Below, piece after piece: positions 27,801 to 36,529 of a stretch of 64,000 nucleotides of DNA (position 1 is the first letter of the stretch; each line of letters opens with the position of its first letter). The stretch is from positions 5,115 to 69,114 of the forward strand of contig CANQSK010000002.1 of the NCBI GenBank assembly GCA_947626475.1. Direction: 5' to 3'. The position numbers were made by a program, and so were the translations under genes. The DNA comes from an uncultured Lachnospiraceae bacterium (lineage in GTDB: Bacteria > Bacillota > Clostridia > Lachnospirales > Lachnospiraceae). A model generated the notes under the pieces. That model was not told the DNA's origin, did not search any database, and saw only the letters and a program-made list of their open reading frames with translations.

Positions 27801-28804
27801 AAGAGCTCATGCTGGTTGGTCAGGGCCTCGCAGTTGACGGCAAACGCCTGAATGTGCGGCTCTCCCACCGGAGCAAGAGCCGATTTTTCCACATAACGTC
27901 TCCCCTCATTCCCGTAAATAATAGTCTTAAGCTGAAACTCATCCTCCCGAATCCGGTTGTATTTCAAATATTGGGGACCGTCCTCCTGCAGCTTCCGCCC
28001 CCCGTTCTTTCTCCAGATGATCAGGTAGCTGCTGGCATACTGATCGAACTGGCCGTCCCGACAGACATCGTCATAGGCGGAAGCAAGATCCAGAAACATA
28101 TACTGGGGAAAATCATAGGCCGCTATGGTATCCGTCAGATCCCCCTCTTTCGGCAGATAAGCATCGGAGAAGATAGATACCGGCAGCTTATAGTCCGGCA
28201 TGGGGTAATAAAACTCCAGATCCTTTCCGCTGCCGTCCTCAGAAAGGAGCTCTGTTATAGTCTTTTTTGAGAAGCTGCAGTCGTCTCTTTTCGCCCCCGC
28301 CCAGTATTTCAGCCCAAAGGGATTGCCGGCTGCCGCCAGCAGCTGGCCGTCTTCCTTAAGGAACTCTCTGGCAAGGCGGATCTGCTCTCTGCAGTCCTCC
28401 TCCAGCGTTCCGATCAGCACTACATAGTCGTACCGCTCCTCCGTCTGCGCCAGATATTCCTCCAGACTCCCCTGAACATAAGTGACATTTCCGCATTTTC
28501 CTGACTCTGTGTGGCGCAGCCGGTTAATCTCCAGATTTACCCAGGAGCTGTCAAGAACATCCACCTTGGATACCCGGCGGCTGTACAGCCCGGTCAGCGC
28601 GCCAAAATCAGAGCCGACCTGAAGCAGCGTACCCTCCTTGCGGAATGGGTACCACTCCAGCAGATTCTCTCTCATGGGAGAAAGCGCGTACAGATAGTCA
28701 AGACTTACATTGGTCCGAAGGGCCGCCCTCGTATCCTCCCCGTAAGTCTTCACCACTCCCAGCACTTTCCGTTCCAGTTCTGTTCTCAATTTTTCCGATC
28801 TCAT
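24809..28804 (-). CDS. Multidomain glycan biosynthesis protein: SAM-methyltransferase-like, kinase-like, coiled coil, GT2 and GT4-like domains (1331 aa)
   Basis: LQVGSDFGALTG (motif I-like, aa 61-72); NIDLLFENIL and LDYEW (kinase catalytic loop and DFG-like); heptad helix about aa 538-610; VSIIIPAYN/IADDVSTD/FLNNDT (GT2); FVGGFAHPPN...PLRYGAGVKGKIVEA (GT-B). Confidence 0.85.
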   Translation of the reverse strand: MRSEKLRTELERKVLGVVKTYGEDTRAALRTNVSLDYLYALSPMRENLLEWYPFRKEGTLLQVGSDFGALTGLYSRRVSKVDVLDSSWVNLEINRLRHTESGKCGNVTYVQGSLEEYLAQTEERYDYVVLIGTLEEDCREQIRLAREFLKEDGQLLAAAGNPFGLKYWAGAKRDDCSFSKKTITELLSEDGSGKDLEFYYPMPDYKLPVSIFSDAYLPKEGDLTDTIAAYDFPQYMFLDLASAYDDVCRDGQFDQYASSYLIIWRKNGGRKLQEDGPQYLKYNRIREDEFQLKTIIYGNEGRRYVEKSALAPVGEPHIQAFAVNCEALTNQHELLNYLHPQIGSDAGSCRFPYLQGKSLLGRLDEEIRAGKEPAELMQQTIDLLLAVEEEAVIPFAASEAFALIFGRESMEALLEKMKEEGEALACFRVSNIDLLFENILLTDDGMYCLDYEWVFSFPIPVEFIRYRILFYAYRQFKSLLTEYGSLGQWLVRFGISAQAQKIYEEMELSFQYYVHGENQKIYLKNYLVDTKLFADCDQLEDEYRRVASELEQTREREERLKFQIKEQDTVMRKMTEVKRLTDNHVTNLEAMIRDLRHEIDEMGKTLTYLNGHEALVFKVRRKLGEKFNARYPKGSLERKRLHYRKEYLLHPVRSFRFYRTEEGRNLKDGDFAIGDVYREHGKLVFPYAENPEVSIIIPAYNQVRYTYLCLASILAHTQDVSYEVIIADDVSTDATEHLDRYAQGVVLCRNETNQGFLKNCNHGAEKARGRYLMFLNNDTQVTDGWLSSLVRLIQSDDSIGMVGSKLVYPDGKLQEAGGIIWSDGSGWNYGRMDDPDKPEYNYVKDVDYISGAAILLSKKLWDQIGGFDERYAPAYCEDSDLAFEVRKAGYRVVYQPLSKVIHYEGVSNGTDLQGEGLKRYQVENSEKLREKWAVQLAEQCENTGNPDPFRARERSMGKKIILVVDHYVPTYDKDAGSKTTFQYLKMFLEKGFVVKFLGDNFAHEEPYSTVLEQMGIEILSGAGYEAGIWNWLKEHGKDIAIAYLNRPHIAIKYIDFLRENTDCKIIYYGHDLHFLREGREYMLTKDEERLSSAEYWKAIEMSLFYKADISYYPSFVEKEAVSAEDEKIAVKDIVAYVYDRFRENIPEDFEKREGLLFVGGFAHPPNADAVLWFAREVYPLIRRNMEAEGKTPPDFYVAGSRVTDEIKELEQPGSGIVIKGFVSEEELVRLYDTTRMVVVPLRYGAGVKGKIVEALYHGAAVVTTTIGAEGIPEAGEVMAIADQPEAFAEVAAAIYGDPEACLAMSRRTQDFIRRHYSVEAAWDVIKEDFES

Positions 28805-28806
28805 GT

Positions 28807-30144
28807 TTATCCTTTCGTCTTCACAAGCGTTGCTTCCACTTCCGATTCCATATCGTAGACGCCAACCGTATTTTTGTTGGAGATCACCGTCAGATTCAGG
28901 ATATCGTAAAGCCGGTGATACACCACATGCTCGCCCTGCTCAAAGCCGGTGCAGCTCATGGACAGCAGATACTCGCCCCCCTGCAGAGTCATCTTCTGAG
29001 TAAAAGATACCTGATATTCATCTCCGCTGCCTACCGGCTTAATGTCGGTTCCCTCATACATGGTGTTGGTCCCTGACAGGTCAGTCCCTTTTTTGTCCTT
29101 GATGGTATAAGTAAAAATCGGCGTCTGAATCGGGGCGTGAAACCGGATCTTCTCCCGGATCGTAAACTGCTCCCCCTTCAGAAGAAGGTTCGTCAGATTG
29201 CCGCGCTCGTCAAAAAGTCCCATATCATATATCTCAGCCCGCCCGTCGCCGTACTCGGTGCGCTCGGGATTGATCGTCAGCTTATCCTTCATCAGGCCGG
29301 GGGCATTCCTGCCGGCGTCCGCCATCCCCTGGCCGGGTTCCTCCGCCGGACCGCCGGAGCCCGACTCTTTCCTGCGCCGGTCCTCCTCCAGCTCTTCCGC
29401 CAGAGAGTCCATCTGGTTGGCCAGAATCTTCTTATACAGGTCTACCATATGACCTGCCGTCCCCTCAGCCACAAAGTTCCCCCTGTTCAGAAGAACCACC
29501 TTGTCGCAATACTTGAGGATACTGCCCATGTCGTGGGTCACCATAAGGATCGTCGTTCCCCGCTGGCGGATTTCCTCCATCCTGCGGTAGCACTTCGCCT
29601 GGAAAAATACGTCTCCCACCGACAGCGCCTCATCCACGATCAGTATCTCCGGCTCCACATTGATCGCCAGGGCAAACGCCAGGCGCACAAACATGCCGCT
29701 GGAGTAGGTCTTTATCGGCTGATACACAAAATCACCGATGTCCGCGAAGTCCAGAATATCATCCAGCTTGGCATCCATCTCCTTTCTGGAGAAGCCCATC
29801 ATGCTGCCGTTCATATAAATATTTTCTATTCCGGTATAATCCATATTGAATCCGGCCCCTAGCTCTAGAAGCGCGGACACGGTGCCGTCCACCTTCACCT
29901 CGCCTGTAGTAGGCGAGAGCACGCCGGTAATGATCTTGAGGATCGTGGACTTCCCGGAGCCGTTGGTTCCGATAATGCCCACGGTCTGACCCTTGTCCAC
30001 AGTAAAGGAAAGCCCGTTCAGGGCGTAAAATTTCTTATGGTATTCCCGGTGAAAGGGGCTCAGGGACTCCTTCAGCCGGTCAATCGGCCTGTCGTACAGC
30101 TTATATACCTTTGTCACATTGTTTACGATGATGGCCTGTTCCAT
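28807..30144 (-). CDS. wzt: Polysaccharide ABC exporter ATPase with C-terminal carbohydrate-binding (Wzt_C-like) domain
   Basis: GTNGSGKST, YSSGMFVRLAF and ILIVDEALSVGD motifs plus a beta-rich extension of about 150 aa. Start 30144 follows AAGGAGG. Confidence 0.9.
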   Translation of the reverse strand: MEQAIIVNNVTKVYKLYDRPIDRLKESLSPFHREYHKKFYALNGLSFTVDKGQTVGIIGTNGSGKSTILKIITGVLSPTTGEVKVDGTVSALLELGAGFNMDYTGIENIYMNGSMMGFSRKEMDAKLDDILDFADIGDFVYQPIKTYSSGMFVRLAFALAINVEPEILIVDEALSVGDVFFQAKCYRRMEEIRQRGTTILMVTHDMGSILKYCDKVVLLNRGNFVAEGTAGHMVDLYKKILANQMDSLAEELEEDRRRKESGSGGPAEEPGQGMADAGRNAPGLMKDKLTINPERTEYGDGRAEIYDMGLFDERGNLTNLLLKGEQFTIREKIRFHAPIQTPIFTYTIKDKKGTDLSGTNTMYEGTDIKPVGSGDEYQVSFTQKMTLQGGEYLLSMSCTGFEQGEHVVYHRLYDILNLTVISNKNTVGVYDMESEVEATLVKTKG

Positions 30145-30154
30145 TCCATCCTCC

Positions 30155-30967
30155 TTAAAGCACATCAGAAAAATGCGGCCGCAGACGCTTAAATACCTTA
30201 AGGCCTCCCAGGAACAGCACTGCTGTCACCACCCAGAAATACAAGGTATTCAGGGGCCTTTCCCAGAATCCGCTTCCGGTCAGCATACTGTCCCGATAAC
30301 CGGCGCAGATATAGTACACCGGATTGATCTTCAGCACCTGGTCAAGCCAGGCGGGACGGCTGGGAAACATGGCCGGGTCCCACATGATCGGCGTCAGCCA
30401 CATGCCGAACTGAAGACAGATATTTACAATCTGGGCCATATCCTTAAAAAAAACGTTGACCGCGCTGGTAAAATAGGTCAGCCCCAAAGAAAACACGCTG
30501 GCCGCGAAGCTGTAGTAGACCACCTGCGCCCAGAAAATACCGGGCATCCGGCCATACAGCAGAAACACCGCCGCCATGATGATGACAAAGATCCCGTGGA
30601 CCAGCAGGCAGGAGACCATCTTGATGATCGGCAGAATCTCAACCTGAAAGACTACCTTCTTCACCAGATAGTTATACTCCTGCAGGCAGCCGGTACCGGC
30701 GTTTAAGACCTCACTCACATAGAACCAGGGCACGATCCCCGGTATCAGCCACAGCACATAAGGAAAACCGGGAACCGGAGGCGCGTTCTTAAATCCCATC
30801 TGAAACACAAAAAAGTAGATAAGCACCGTAACCACCGGCTGGACAAACATCCATACCACGCCGAAATAGGAGCCTACAAACCGTTTGTGAAAGTCAGCCT
30901 TCGACAGGTCCCAGATCAATTTTCTCTTCCTGACAATCTCCCTGGACAGAGACAACAAATAATTCAT
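30155..30967 (-). CDS. wzm: Polysaccharide ABC exporter permease
   Basis: DFHKRFVGSYFGVVWMFVQP and INPVYYICAGYRD ABC-2 permease motifs; adjacent to wzt. Confidence 0.9.
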   Translation of the reverse strand: MNYLLSLSREIVRKRKLIWDLSKADFHKRFVGSYFGVVWMFVQPVVTVLIYFFVFQMGFKNAPPVPGFPYVLWLIPGIVPWFYVSEVLNAGTGCLQEYNYLVKKVVFQVEILPIIKMVSCLLVHGIFVIIMAAVFLLYGRMPGIFWAQVVYYSFAASVFSLGLTYFTSAVNVFFKDMAQIVNICLQFGMWLTPIMWDPAMFPSRPAWLDQVLKINPVYYICAGYRDSMLTGSGFWERPLNTLYFWVVTAVLFLGGLKVFKRLRPHFSDVL

Positions 30968-30980
30968 AACATGGTCCTTC

Positions 30981-31535
30981 TCAGAATTTGAATGTATCCT
31001 TCAAGCCGCCCCATTTTTTATCCTTTTCTGACAGGATCAGCTCCATATCCCCGGGAATCGGCCACTCCACTCCAATCTCCGGATCATTGTAGGCAAGTCC
31101 GCCCTCGTCTCCCGGATGATAAAAATCCGTAACCTTATAGGCGAACTCCGCCTCGTCGGACAGCACCAGAAAGCCGTGGGCAAAGCCTTCTGAGATATAG
31201 AACTGCTTTTTATTCTCCGCCGTCAGCTCCACGCCGAACCACTTGCCGTAGGTTTTGGAATTTGTCCGCAGATCCACCGCCACGTCAAAGACACGGCCCC
31301 TCAGAACCCGCACCAGCTTTCCCTGAGGATACTGCTTCTGGTAGTGAAGTCCCCGCAGAACGCCTCTTACCGACATGGACTGATTATCCTGAACAAATAC
31401 CATGGGAAGACCGGCCGCCTCAAAGTCCCGCTGGTTGTAGGTCTCCACAAAATATCCTCTCTCATCCTTAAACACAGTCGGCTCAATCACATAAAGTCCA
31501 TCTATCTCACAAGGAGTCACTGTTATCTTGCCCAT
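30981..31535 (-). CDS. rmlC: dTDP-4-dehydrorhamnose 3,5-epimerase
   Basis: FKDERGYFVE, QDNQSMS.RGVLRGLHYQ and EGFAHGFLVLS motifs. Start at MGKITV (31535) after GGGAAGGA. Confidence 0.93.
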   Translation of the reverse strand: MGKITVTPCEIDGLYVIEPTVFKDERGYFVETYNQRDFEAAGLPMVFVQDNQSMSVRGVLRGLHYQKQYPQGKLVRVLRGRVFDVAVDLRTNSKTYGKWFGVELTAENKKQFYISEGFAHGFLVLSDEAEFAYKVTDFYHPGDEGGLAYNDPEIGVEWPIPGDMELILSEKDKKWGGLKDTFKF

Positions 31536-31549
31536 AATCCTTCCCTTTC

Positions 31550-33193
31550 TTACAATCTGGCGCAGACTACGCTGAACAGCCTGAGCACCACATATAGATT
31601 TACGCAATACATCACATACAATATACTACGGTCTTTATCCTTTGTCAAAACCAACCAGTCATTTTTGCAGGCCATGAGAAGAGCCGGCAGAAACGGCAGA
31701 AAATACCGCCCCTGTACGCCCTGGATCACCGTTGAAGTCTGGGGCGTCCAGGCGATCAGCATGGACAGCATCAGAGCCGCGCCGCAGACCGCGCAGACGA
31801 AGACAATCCACACTCGGGCGGCTCCGGTTATAAAGATCTGCTCTCCCGGCTTCCGAAGCGCCAGAAGAAGCAGTCCCAGGCTCATGGCCAGCACCGCCGG
31901 ATACGGCACGTTCAGCACCGGGTCCAGATTGCCCAGTCTGGAGCCTATCATGGTCATATGGTATTCTTCCGTCTGGTGAACCAGCGTATTATAAAACATC
32001 TGCGCCGTCAGCATCGGACGATGGAGAATCGTAGTCAGGCTGAACCCGGCCTCCTCCATCCCGTAAGTGACCCCTTCCGCCGCTGTGGCGTAATTGACCA
32101 CCACCCGGCCGTTGACCAGCAGCATGGCCGCTGCCCAGGCTCCCGCCACGGCTGCCGCGGAAAGGAACCATTGTCCCCAGCCGCCGAACTTCTTTACGGG
32201 AATCAGCAGGCACAACCCCATCATGGCCCCGTAGACCATTTTGCAGGGACCGGCCACGGCCATCAAAAGAGCAAGAAGCAGAACATCCCGTATCTGCACC
32301 CGGTCTTTCCCGTAAGCCAGATACAGACATTCAGACGTAAACAGGAACATGCAGGCCAGGATCATCACATCATAGGAAAAAGATGACGCCAGGTTCAGAG
32401 TCATGGGCAGGAGCGCCGCGCCGAACAGCACCTCCTTCCCAAAGGGAAGCCGCCTCATGGCAAGCTGCGTCATTCCCACAAAAAACAGAAGATTGCACAG
32501 ACGTCCCAGCCAGAGAAGCCACATGCTGTTCAGATTCAGGAGCCGGGCCAGAGAAATTCCCAGCGCCTGAGGCACATAGGCCAGAGGCGTCGTCACCACC
32601 GGCGGATAGGCGGACAGAGCCATCTTCTCCGGTTCCTCCGGTTTTCCGCCGTAATCTCCCTCATGGATGGCCCGATAGGTTTTCTCCTCCAGCACCTGTC
32701 CCAGGACAACGCCGTCCCGGCCATCCTCTTCCGCCGCCTGTTTCACCAGATATGGCTCTGTCTCCTGTACGACGTAATCCCCATACACATCCTCCGCAAA
32801 CCAGTCACGGGCCCGCACCAGCACCCGGCCGTCCTCACTGTTGGACGGCTGACCCAGCATACGGCTGGACAGCTGATAAGCGCTGATGTAATGGCTCACC
32901 TCGTCGGGGGCGGAAAGAGGCGGGAGTACCACAAGATACAGAATCCCCAGCAAAAGTCCGGCCCAAGGATACACCTGCTCCAGACGCAGGTTTCTGCCTC
33001 CCCGTTCCTCAAAAAGGAGAACTCCCGTCAGCGCGGCGCCAGCCAGGCTCAGCGCCAGCAGTCCCCAGTACCATCCGACCAGCCAGCCGTCGCCGCTGCC
33101 GACGGCCCCGGCCTCTACCATAATCAGATGCCACAGCCCCGCCAGGGCCACTGCCGGGATTCCCCACAGCCAGCGTCTCTTACTCTTTCTCAT
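31550..33193 (-). CDS. DUF2142-family polytopic membrane protein (GacL-like GT-C glycosyltransferase candidate)
   Basis: PPLSAPDEVSHY loop after the first TM segments; SFSYD and GVQGRYFLP motifs; many TM helices. Confidence 0.72.
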   Translation of the reverse strand: MRKSKRRWLWGIPAVALAGLWHLIMVEAGAVGSGDGWLVGWYWGLLALSLAGAALTGVLLFEERGGRNLRLEQVYPWAGLLLGILYLVVLPPLSAPDEVSHYISAYQLSSRMLGQPSNSEDGRVLVRARDWFAEDVYGDYVVQETEPYLVKQAAEEDGRDGVVLGQVLEEKTYRAIHEGDYGGKPEEPEKMALSAYPPVVTTPLAYVPQALGISLARLLNLNSMWLLWLGRLCNLLFFVGMTQLAMRRLPFGKEVLFGAALLPMTLNLASSFSYDVMILACMFLFTSECLYLAYGKDRVQIRDVLLLALLMAVAGPCKMVYGAMMGLCLLIPVKKFGGWGQWFLSAAAVAGAWAAAMLLVNGRVVVNYATAAEGVTYGMEEAGFSLTTILHRPMLTAQMFYNTLVHQTEEYHMTMIGSRLGNLDPVLNVPYPAVLAMSLGLLLLALRKPGEQIFITGAARVWIVFVCAVCGAALMLSMLIAWTPQTSTVIQGVQGRYFLPFLPALLMACKNDWLVLTKDKDRSILYVMYCVNLYVVLRLFSVVCARL

Positions 33194-33539
33194 CGGATTC
33201 CTCCCGGCGCAGCTTTTCTTCCAGAGCCATCTGCTGCACCAGATCCTTGATTCTGGTCTCCAGCTGAGAGATATGAATGGTCATATAAAACACCTTCACG
33301 ATCAGCACAAAAATCGCGAACAGGAACAGAAAATTGGCCGTGGAGTAGATTCCCAGGCAGTGGGCGGCAAAATCAGCCACCCTCGGAAAAATACTGAACA
33401 CAACCAGCACCAGAGACAGCACCAGCCAGAAAACGGCGCTCTCAATCTGTATCTTGGACTGGCGGATCTTGCGTATCATCAGAAACATGGTGGTTACCGA
33501 CACCAGGACCAGCAGAACACGCAGAGTCGTGGTCATCAT
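33180..33539 (-). CDS. DUF2304-family small membrane protein (GacJ/EpaJ-like)
   Basis: 119 aa, three TM helices, FLFLFAIFVLIVK...ISQLETRIKDLVQQMAL coiled tail. Confidence 0.8.
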   Translation of the reverse strand: MMTTTLRVLLVLVSVTTMFLMIRKIRQSKIQIESAVFWLVLSLVLVVFSIFPRVADFAAHCLGIYSTANFLFLFAIFVLIVKVFYMTIHISQLETRIKDLVQQMALEEKLRREESDEKE

Positions 33540-33543
33540 AACG

Positions 33544-34506
33544 TTATCCCTCCTTCTCCGCTTTCTTCCAGTATTCCCGGTTGGAGCTGCAGAACAGCAC
33601 CAGACGCTTCGGCAGGAATCTGTACCGCCTGCCCAGCCAGTAACCGGCGTATTTGCAGCCGCTTCCTATCACCAGCGAAGGCAGAAGCCAGATCCGGCCG
33701 TGACTCAGAAGCCATCCGGCCGTCTGCTTTACCAGCCGGATTCCCTCCCCCTCGGAGGAAATGCCGGCAAACGCCTCCGGATGATCCGCCTGAGATACCG
33801 CCAGGTCGAAATTTCTCCGAAACTGCTGGGCAAAAGACAGATTGTGGGAATGAATTACCCTGGCGTCCGCCGCGTAGGCTATGGCGTATCCGGCCTGAAT
33901 CACTCCCGCGGCATAGATCATATCCTCATTGAAAATCGTTCTGGTGATAAAACCGCCCTGTTTTTCAAAAATCTCCCGCCAGTACCCGCAGCACACATTG
34001 GAAGCGAAAAAAGTCTTGATCCCCAGACGGGGCAGATCCTCCTTTGTCTTCACCGCGCTTTCCGCCGGGTAATTGAAGGTTCTGGTGTACCGCTCAATGA
34101 CCCTGCAGTCCCTGGCCGGCATCTGACGGGCATAAGCCATGGCCACCGTCTGTCCGGCCGGCCCTTTCTGTTCCAGAGCCTGCACCAGCCGCTCCACCAG
34201 GCGGCTGTCCTGGGGAACCGCGTCGTCCGTCATAAATATCATAATATCCGCTCTGGAAAAGCCGGCCCCCAGGTTCCTGGACGCGCCATGGTCAAACTGT
34301 TCTTTGGTCACATGATGGACCGTCAGATTGCCGATTCCCTGATAGCCGGCCTCGTTCCAGTATTTTTTCTCCGTGTTGACGGCTATGATGCGGTTCACCG
34401 GCCAGGTCTGCTTCTCCAGCATCCCCAGCAGCCTGGCAAAACGCCTGTCCGGCTTATACACCGGAATGATCACATCCACCGTCAAATTCCTGTCGTTCAT
34501 CCGCAA
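33544..34506 (-). CDS. GT2 glycosyltransferase, rhamnosyltransferase-like
   Basis: VDVIIPVY, FDHGASRNLGA, FMTDDAVP, FASNVC and FNEDM motifs. Confidence 0.82.
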   Translation of the reverse strand: MRMNDRNLTVDVIIPVYKPDRRFARLLGMLEKQTWPVNRIIAVNTEKKYWNEAGYQGIGNLTVHHVTKEQFDHGASRNLGAGFSRADIMIFMTDDAVPQDSRLVERLVQALEQKGPAGQTVAMAYARQMPARDCRVIERYTRTFNYPAESAVKTKEDLPRLGIKTFFASNVCCGYWREIFEKQGGFITRTIFNEDMIYAAGVIQAGYAIAYAADARVIHSHNLSFAQQFRRNFDLAVSQADHPEAFAGISSEGEGIRLVKQTAGWLLSHGRIWLLPSLVIGSGCKYAGYWLGRRYRFLPKRLVLFCSSNREYWKKAEKEG

Positions 34507-35804
34507 ACCTCTTTACTGTTCTTTCCTCTGATGCAGGCCAGCAGGCCCCCTGCCACAAAACCGGCGGCCATGACCGCCATCAGGATAAGGTAGGCCCAGG
34601 CGGCCCCAAAAAGTCCCGCCCTCTTCACCAGCGCGGGCGCCAGCGCCGCCGCCAGAAGCGTAAGCGCCGCGTAGATTCCAAATATCACCTTCTGCCGGCG
34701 AAGGATCACCAGCACATAATAGTACAGATTCAGTATCGCGTAAAAGCCTCCGCCGGCTACCACGACCACAAACGGCATGTGATAACGGACCAGACCTCCC
34801 GCGTAGGACGGCCCCAGAATCTCTTCCATGATGCCCAGGACCGGCCGTCCCAGCCCCCAGGCCAGACAGACTGCCAGCAGGCTCAGCCCGGCGACCAGGG
34901 CCGAAATCCGCCTCAGCATCCGGTCAAAGGAGGGATAATCCTTCCCGGTCCAGTAGTCCGTCAGGTACGTAAGCACCGGGCGGATCACAAAGCCCGCAGC
35001 CAGATTGATCACCGAGGTGGGCATAAATATAATATTAAAATACCCCGACGACGCGTCATCCATATGAGCGTCTATGGCATATTTTGCCGCCGAAAAAATA
35101 TAAAAATCCAGAAATACCGACACAAACAGCAGCACTCCCGCCCGGGTAAGAGACGCCGCGCGGCAGAAATCCCCTCCGGTATCCACCGGAGAAAGCCGCT
35201 TCATCACCGTTACGTCAAACAGCAGCACTCCCGCGGCCTGAGCCGCAACCGCCGCCGCGCAGGCCGGTATCAGCCTCCGGCAGGCCAGAAGCACCGTCAG
35301 AAATACCGACACGGAAAGGATCGTCCGGAAGGTATTGGATTTGCCGGTCAGATGAAGATTTCCGCTCCGCTGGAACTCAGACTCATACACATCCGCGAAT
35401 CCGTCGATCACCTTGTAGCAGACCAGCAGAAACACCGCCGCCGCCTTCTCCGCCCGGTAACCGCAAAACAGCAGCCAGCAGGCTCCCGCCGCCAGCGCCA
35501 GTCCGCAGGTCAGATACCGGTGGCGCAGGTAATCGCCGAACCGGTATTCTCCGGCCCCGTCGGTGATCTGAAAAGGCCGGAGTCCGAAATAAGCCACAAT
35601 GAACATCTGCTGCCCGAGAGTGCTGTAGCCGAAGGCGAACACGCCGCCTTCCTCCTCTCCCGCGATCCTCATTACCAGAAACGCCAGAACCATGCTGGCG
35701 AAGGCATAGCAGAAGCTGCCTGTCATGTTCCAGATAATATTCTGCTTTTCCCTGTCAGGCCCCGTCCTCATCAGAAGACCGGCCCACCGATCCGCCAGGC
35801 TCAT
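34497..35804 (-). CDS. Wzx/MOP-type oligosaccharide flippase
   Basis: About 12 TM helices, N-terminal NIIWNMTGS, KYAID motif; lies within a glycan cluster. Confidence 0.72.
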   Translation of the reverse strand: MSLADRWAGLLMRTGPDREKQNIIWNMTGSFCYAFASMVLAFLVMRIAGEEEGGVFAFGYSTLGQQMFIVAYFGLRPFQITDGAGEYRFGDYLRHRYLTCGLALAAGACWLLFCGYRAEKAAAVFLLVCYKVIDGFADVYESEFQRSGNLHLTGKSNTFRTILSVSVFLTVLLACRRLIPACAAAVAAQAAGVLLFDVTVMKRLSPVDTGGDFCRAASLTRAGVLLFVSVFLDFYIFSAAKYAIDAHMDDASSGYFNIIFMPTSVINLAAGFVIRPVLTYLTDYWTGKDYPSFDRMLRRISALVAGLSLLAVCLAWGLGRPVLGIMEEILGPSYAGGLVRYHMPFVVVVAGGGFYAILNLYYYVLVILRRQKVIFGIYAALTLLAAALAPALVKRAGLFGAAWAYLILMAVMAAGFVAGGLLACIRGKNSKEVCG

Positions 35805-35825
35805 GAGATCCCGGTTCTCCTTTCT

Positions 35826-36521
35826 TCACCGCTTGCGGAAATTCTGTATCAGCAGAATGGACAGCAGCATACGAATCATATAATTGGCCGCCACAGCAGG
35901 CTTCAGATAACTTTCTCCCCCGGCACGGGGCGCGATCACCACCGGAACCTCCGCCACCCGGGCTCCCTGCTTCAGCAGGTAGGATATGGTGTCCGGCTCC
36001 GGCCCGTAATTCAGCTTCAGGGCGAACTCCCTGATCATATCCCGGTTGAACATCCGCATGCCGGAGGTGGGATCCATCACTTTCACCCCCGTAGTCATCC
36101 GGATCGCGGCTGACAGGATACGGCTGCCGATCATCCTCATGGAGGCGTCCTTGTGACCTTCTATAAACCGGCTTCCGATGACAATATCGTAGCCTTCTTC
36201 CATCTTCCTTCTCATGGCCCCGATGTACTCCGGCCGGTGCTGCCCGTCCCCGTCAAACTGAACGGCACAGTCATATCCTTTTTCGTAGGCGTATTTCATT
36301 CCCGCCTGAAAACATCCGGCAAGGCCCAGGTTCACCGGCAGGTCCAGAAGATTATAGCCCTTCTCCCGGCAGATGGCGGCAGTCCGGTCCGTGGAGCCGT
36401 CGTTGACTACCAGATAATCCGTCTCCGGGCACAACGCTGTGAGCTCGTCCACCACCATCTCAATATTTGCTTCCTCGTTAAATGCCGGTATGATCGCCAG
36501 CACCTTCTTAAGCCGCGCCAT
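35826..36521 (-). CDS. DPM1-like GT2, polyprenol-phosphate glycosyltransferase (GacI/GtcA-like)
   Basis: IIPAFNEE, VVNDGSTD, QFDGDGQH, IVIGSRF and DPTSGMR motifs. Start MARLKK (36521) after GGAG. Confidence 0.85.
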   Translation of the reverse strand: MARLKKVLAIIPAFNEEANIEMVVDELTALCPETDYLVVNDGSTDRTAAICREKGYNLLDLPVNLGLAGCFQAGMKYAYEKGYDCAVQFDGDGQHRPEYIGAMRRKMEEGYDIVIGSRFIEGHKDASMRMIGSRILSAAIRMTTGVKVMDPTSGMRMFNRDMIREFALKLNYGPEPDTISYLLKQGARVAEVPVVIAPRAGGESYLKPAVAANYMIRMLLSILLIQNFRKR

Positions 36522-36529
36522 TTTTTCTC

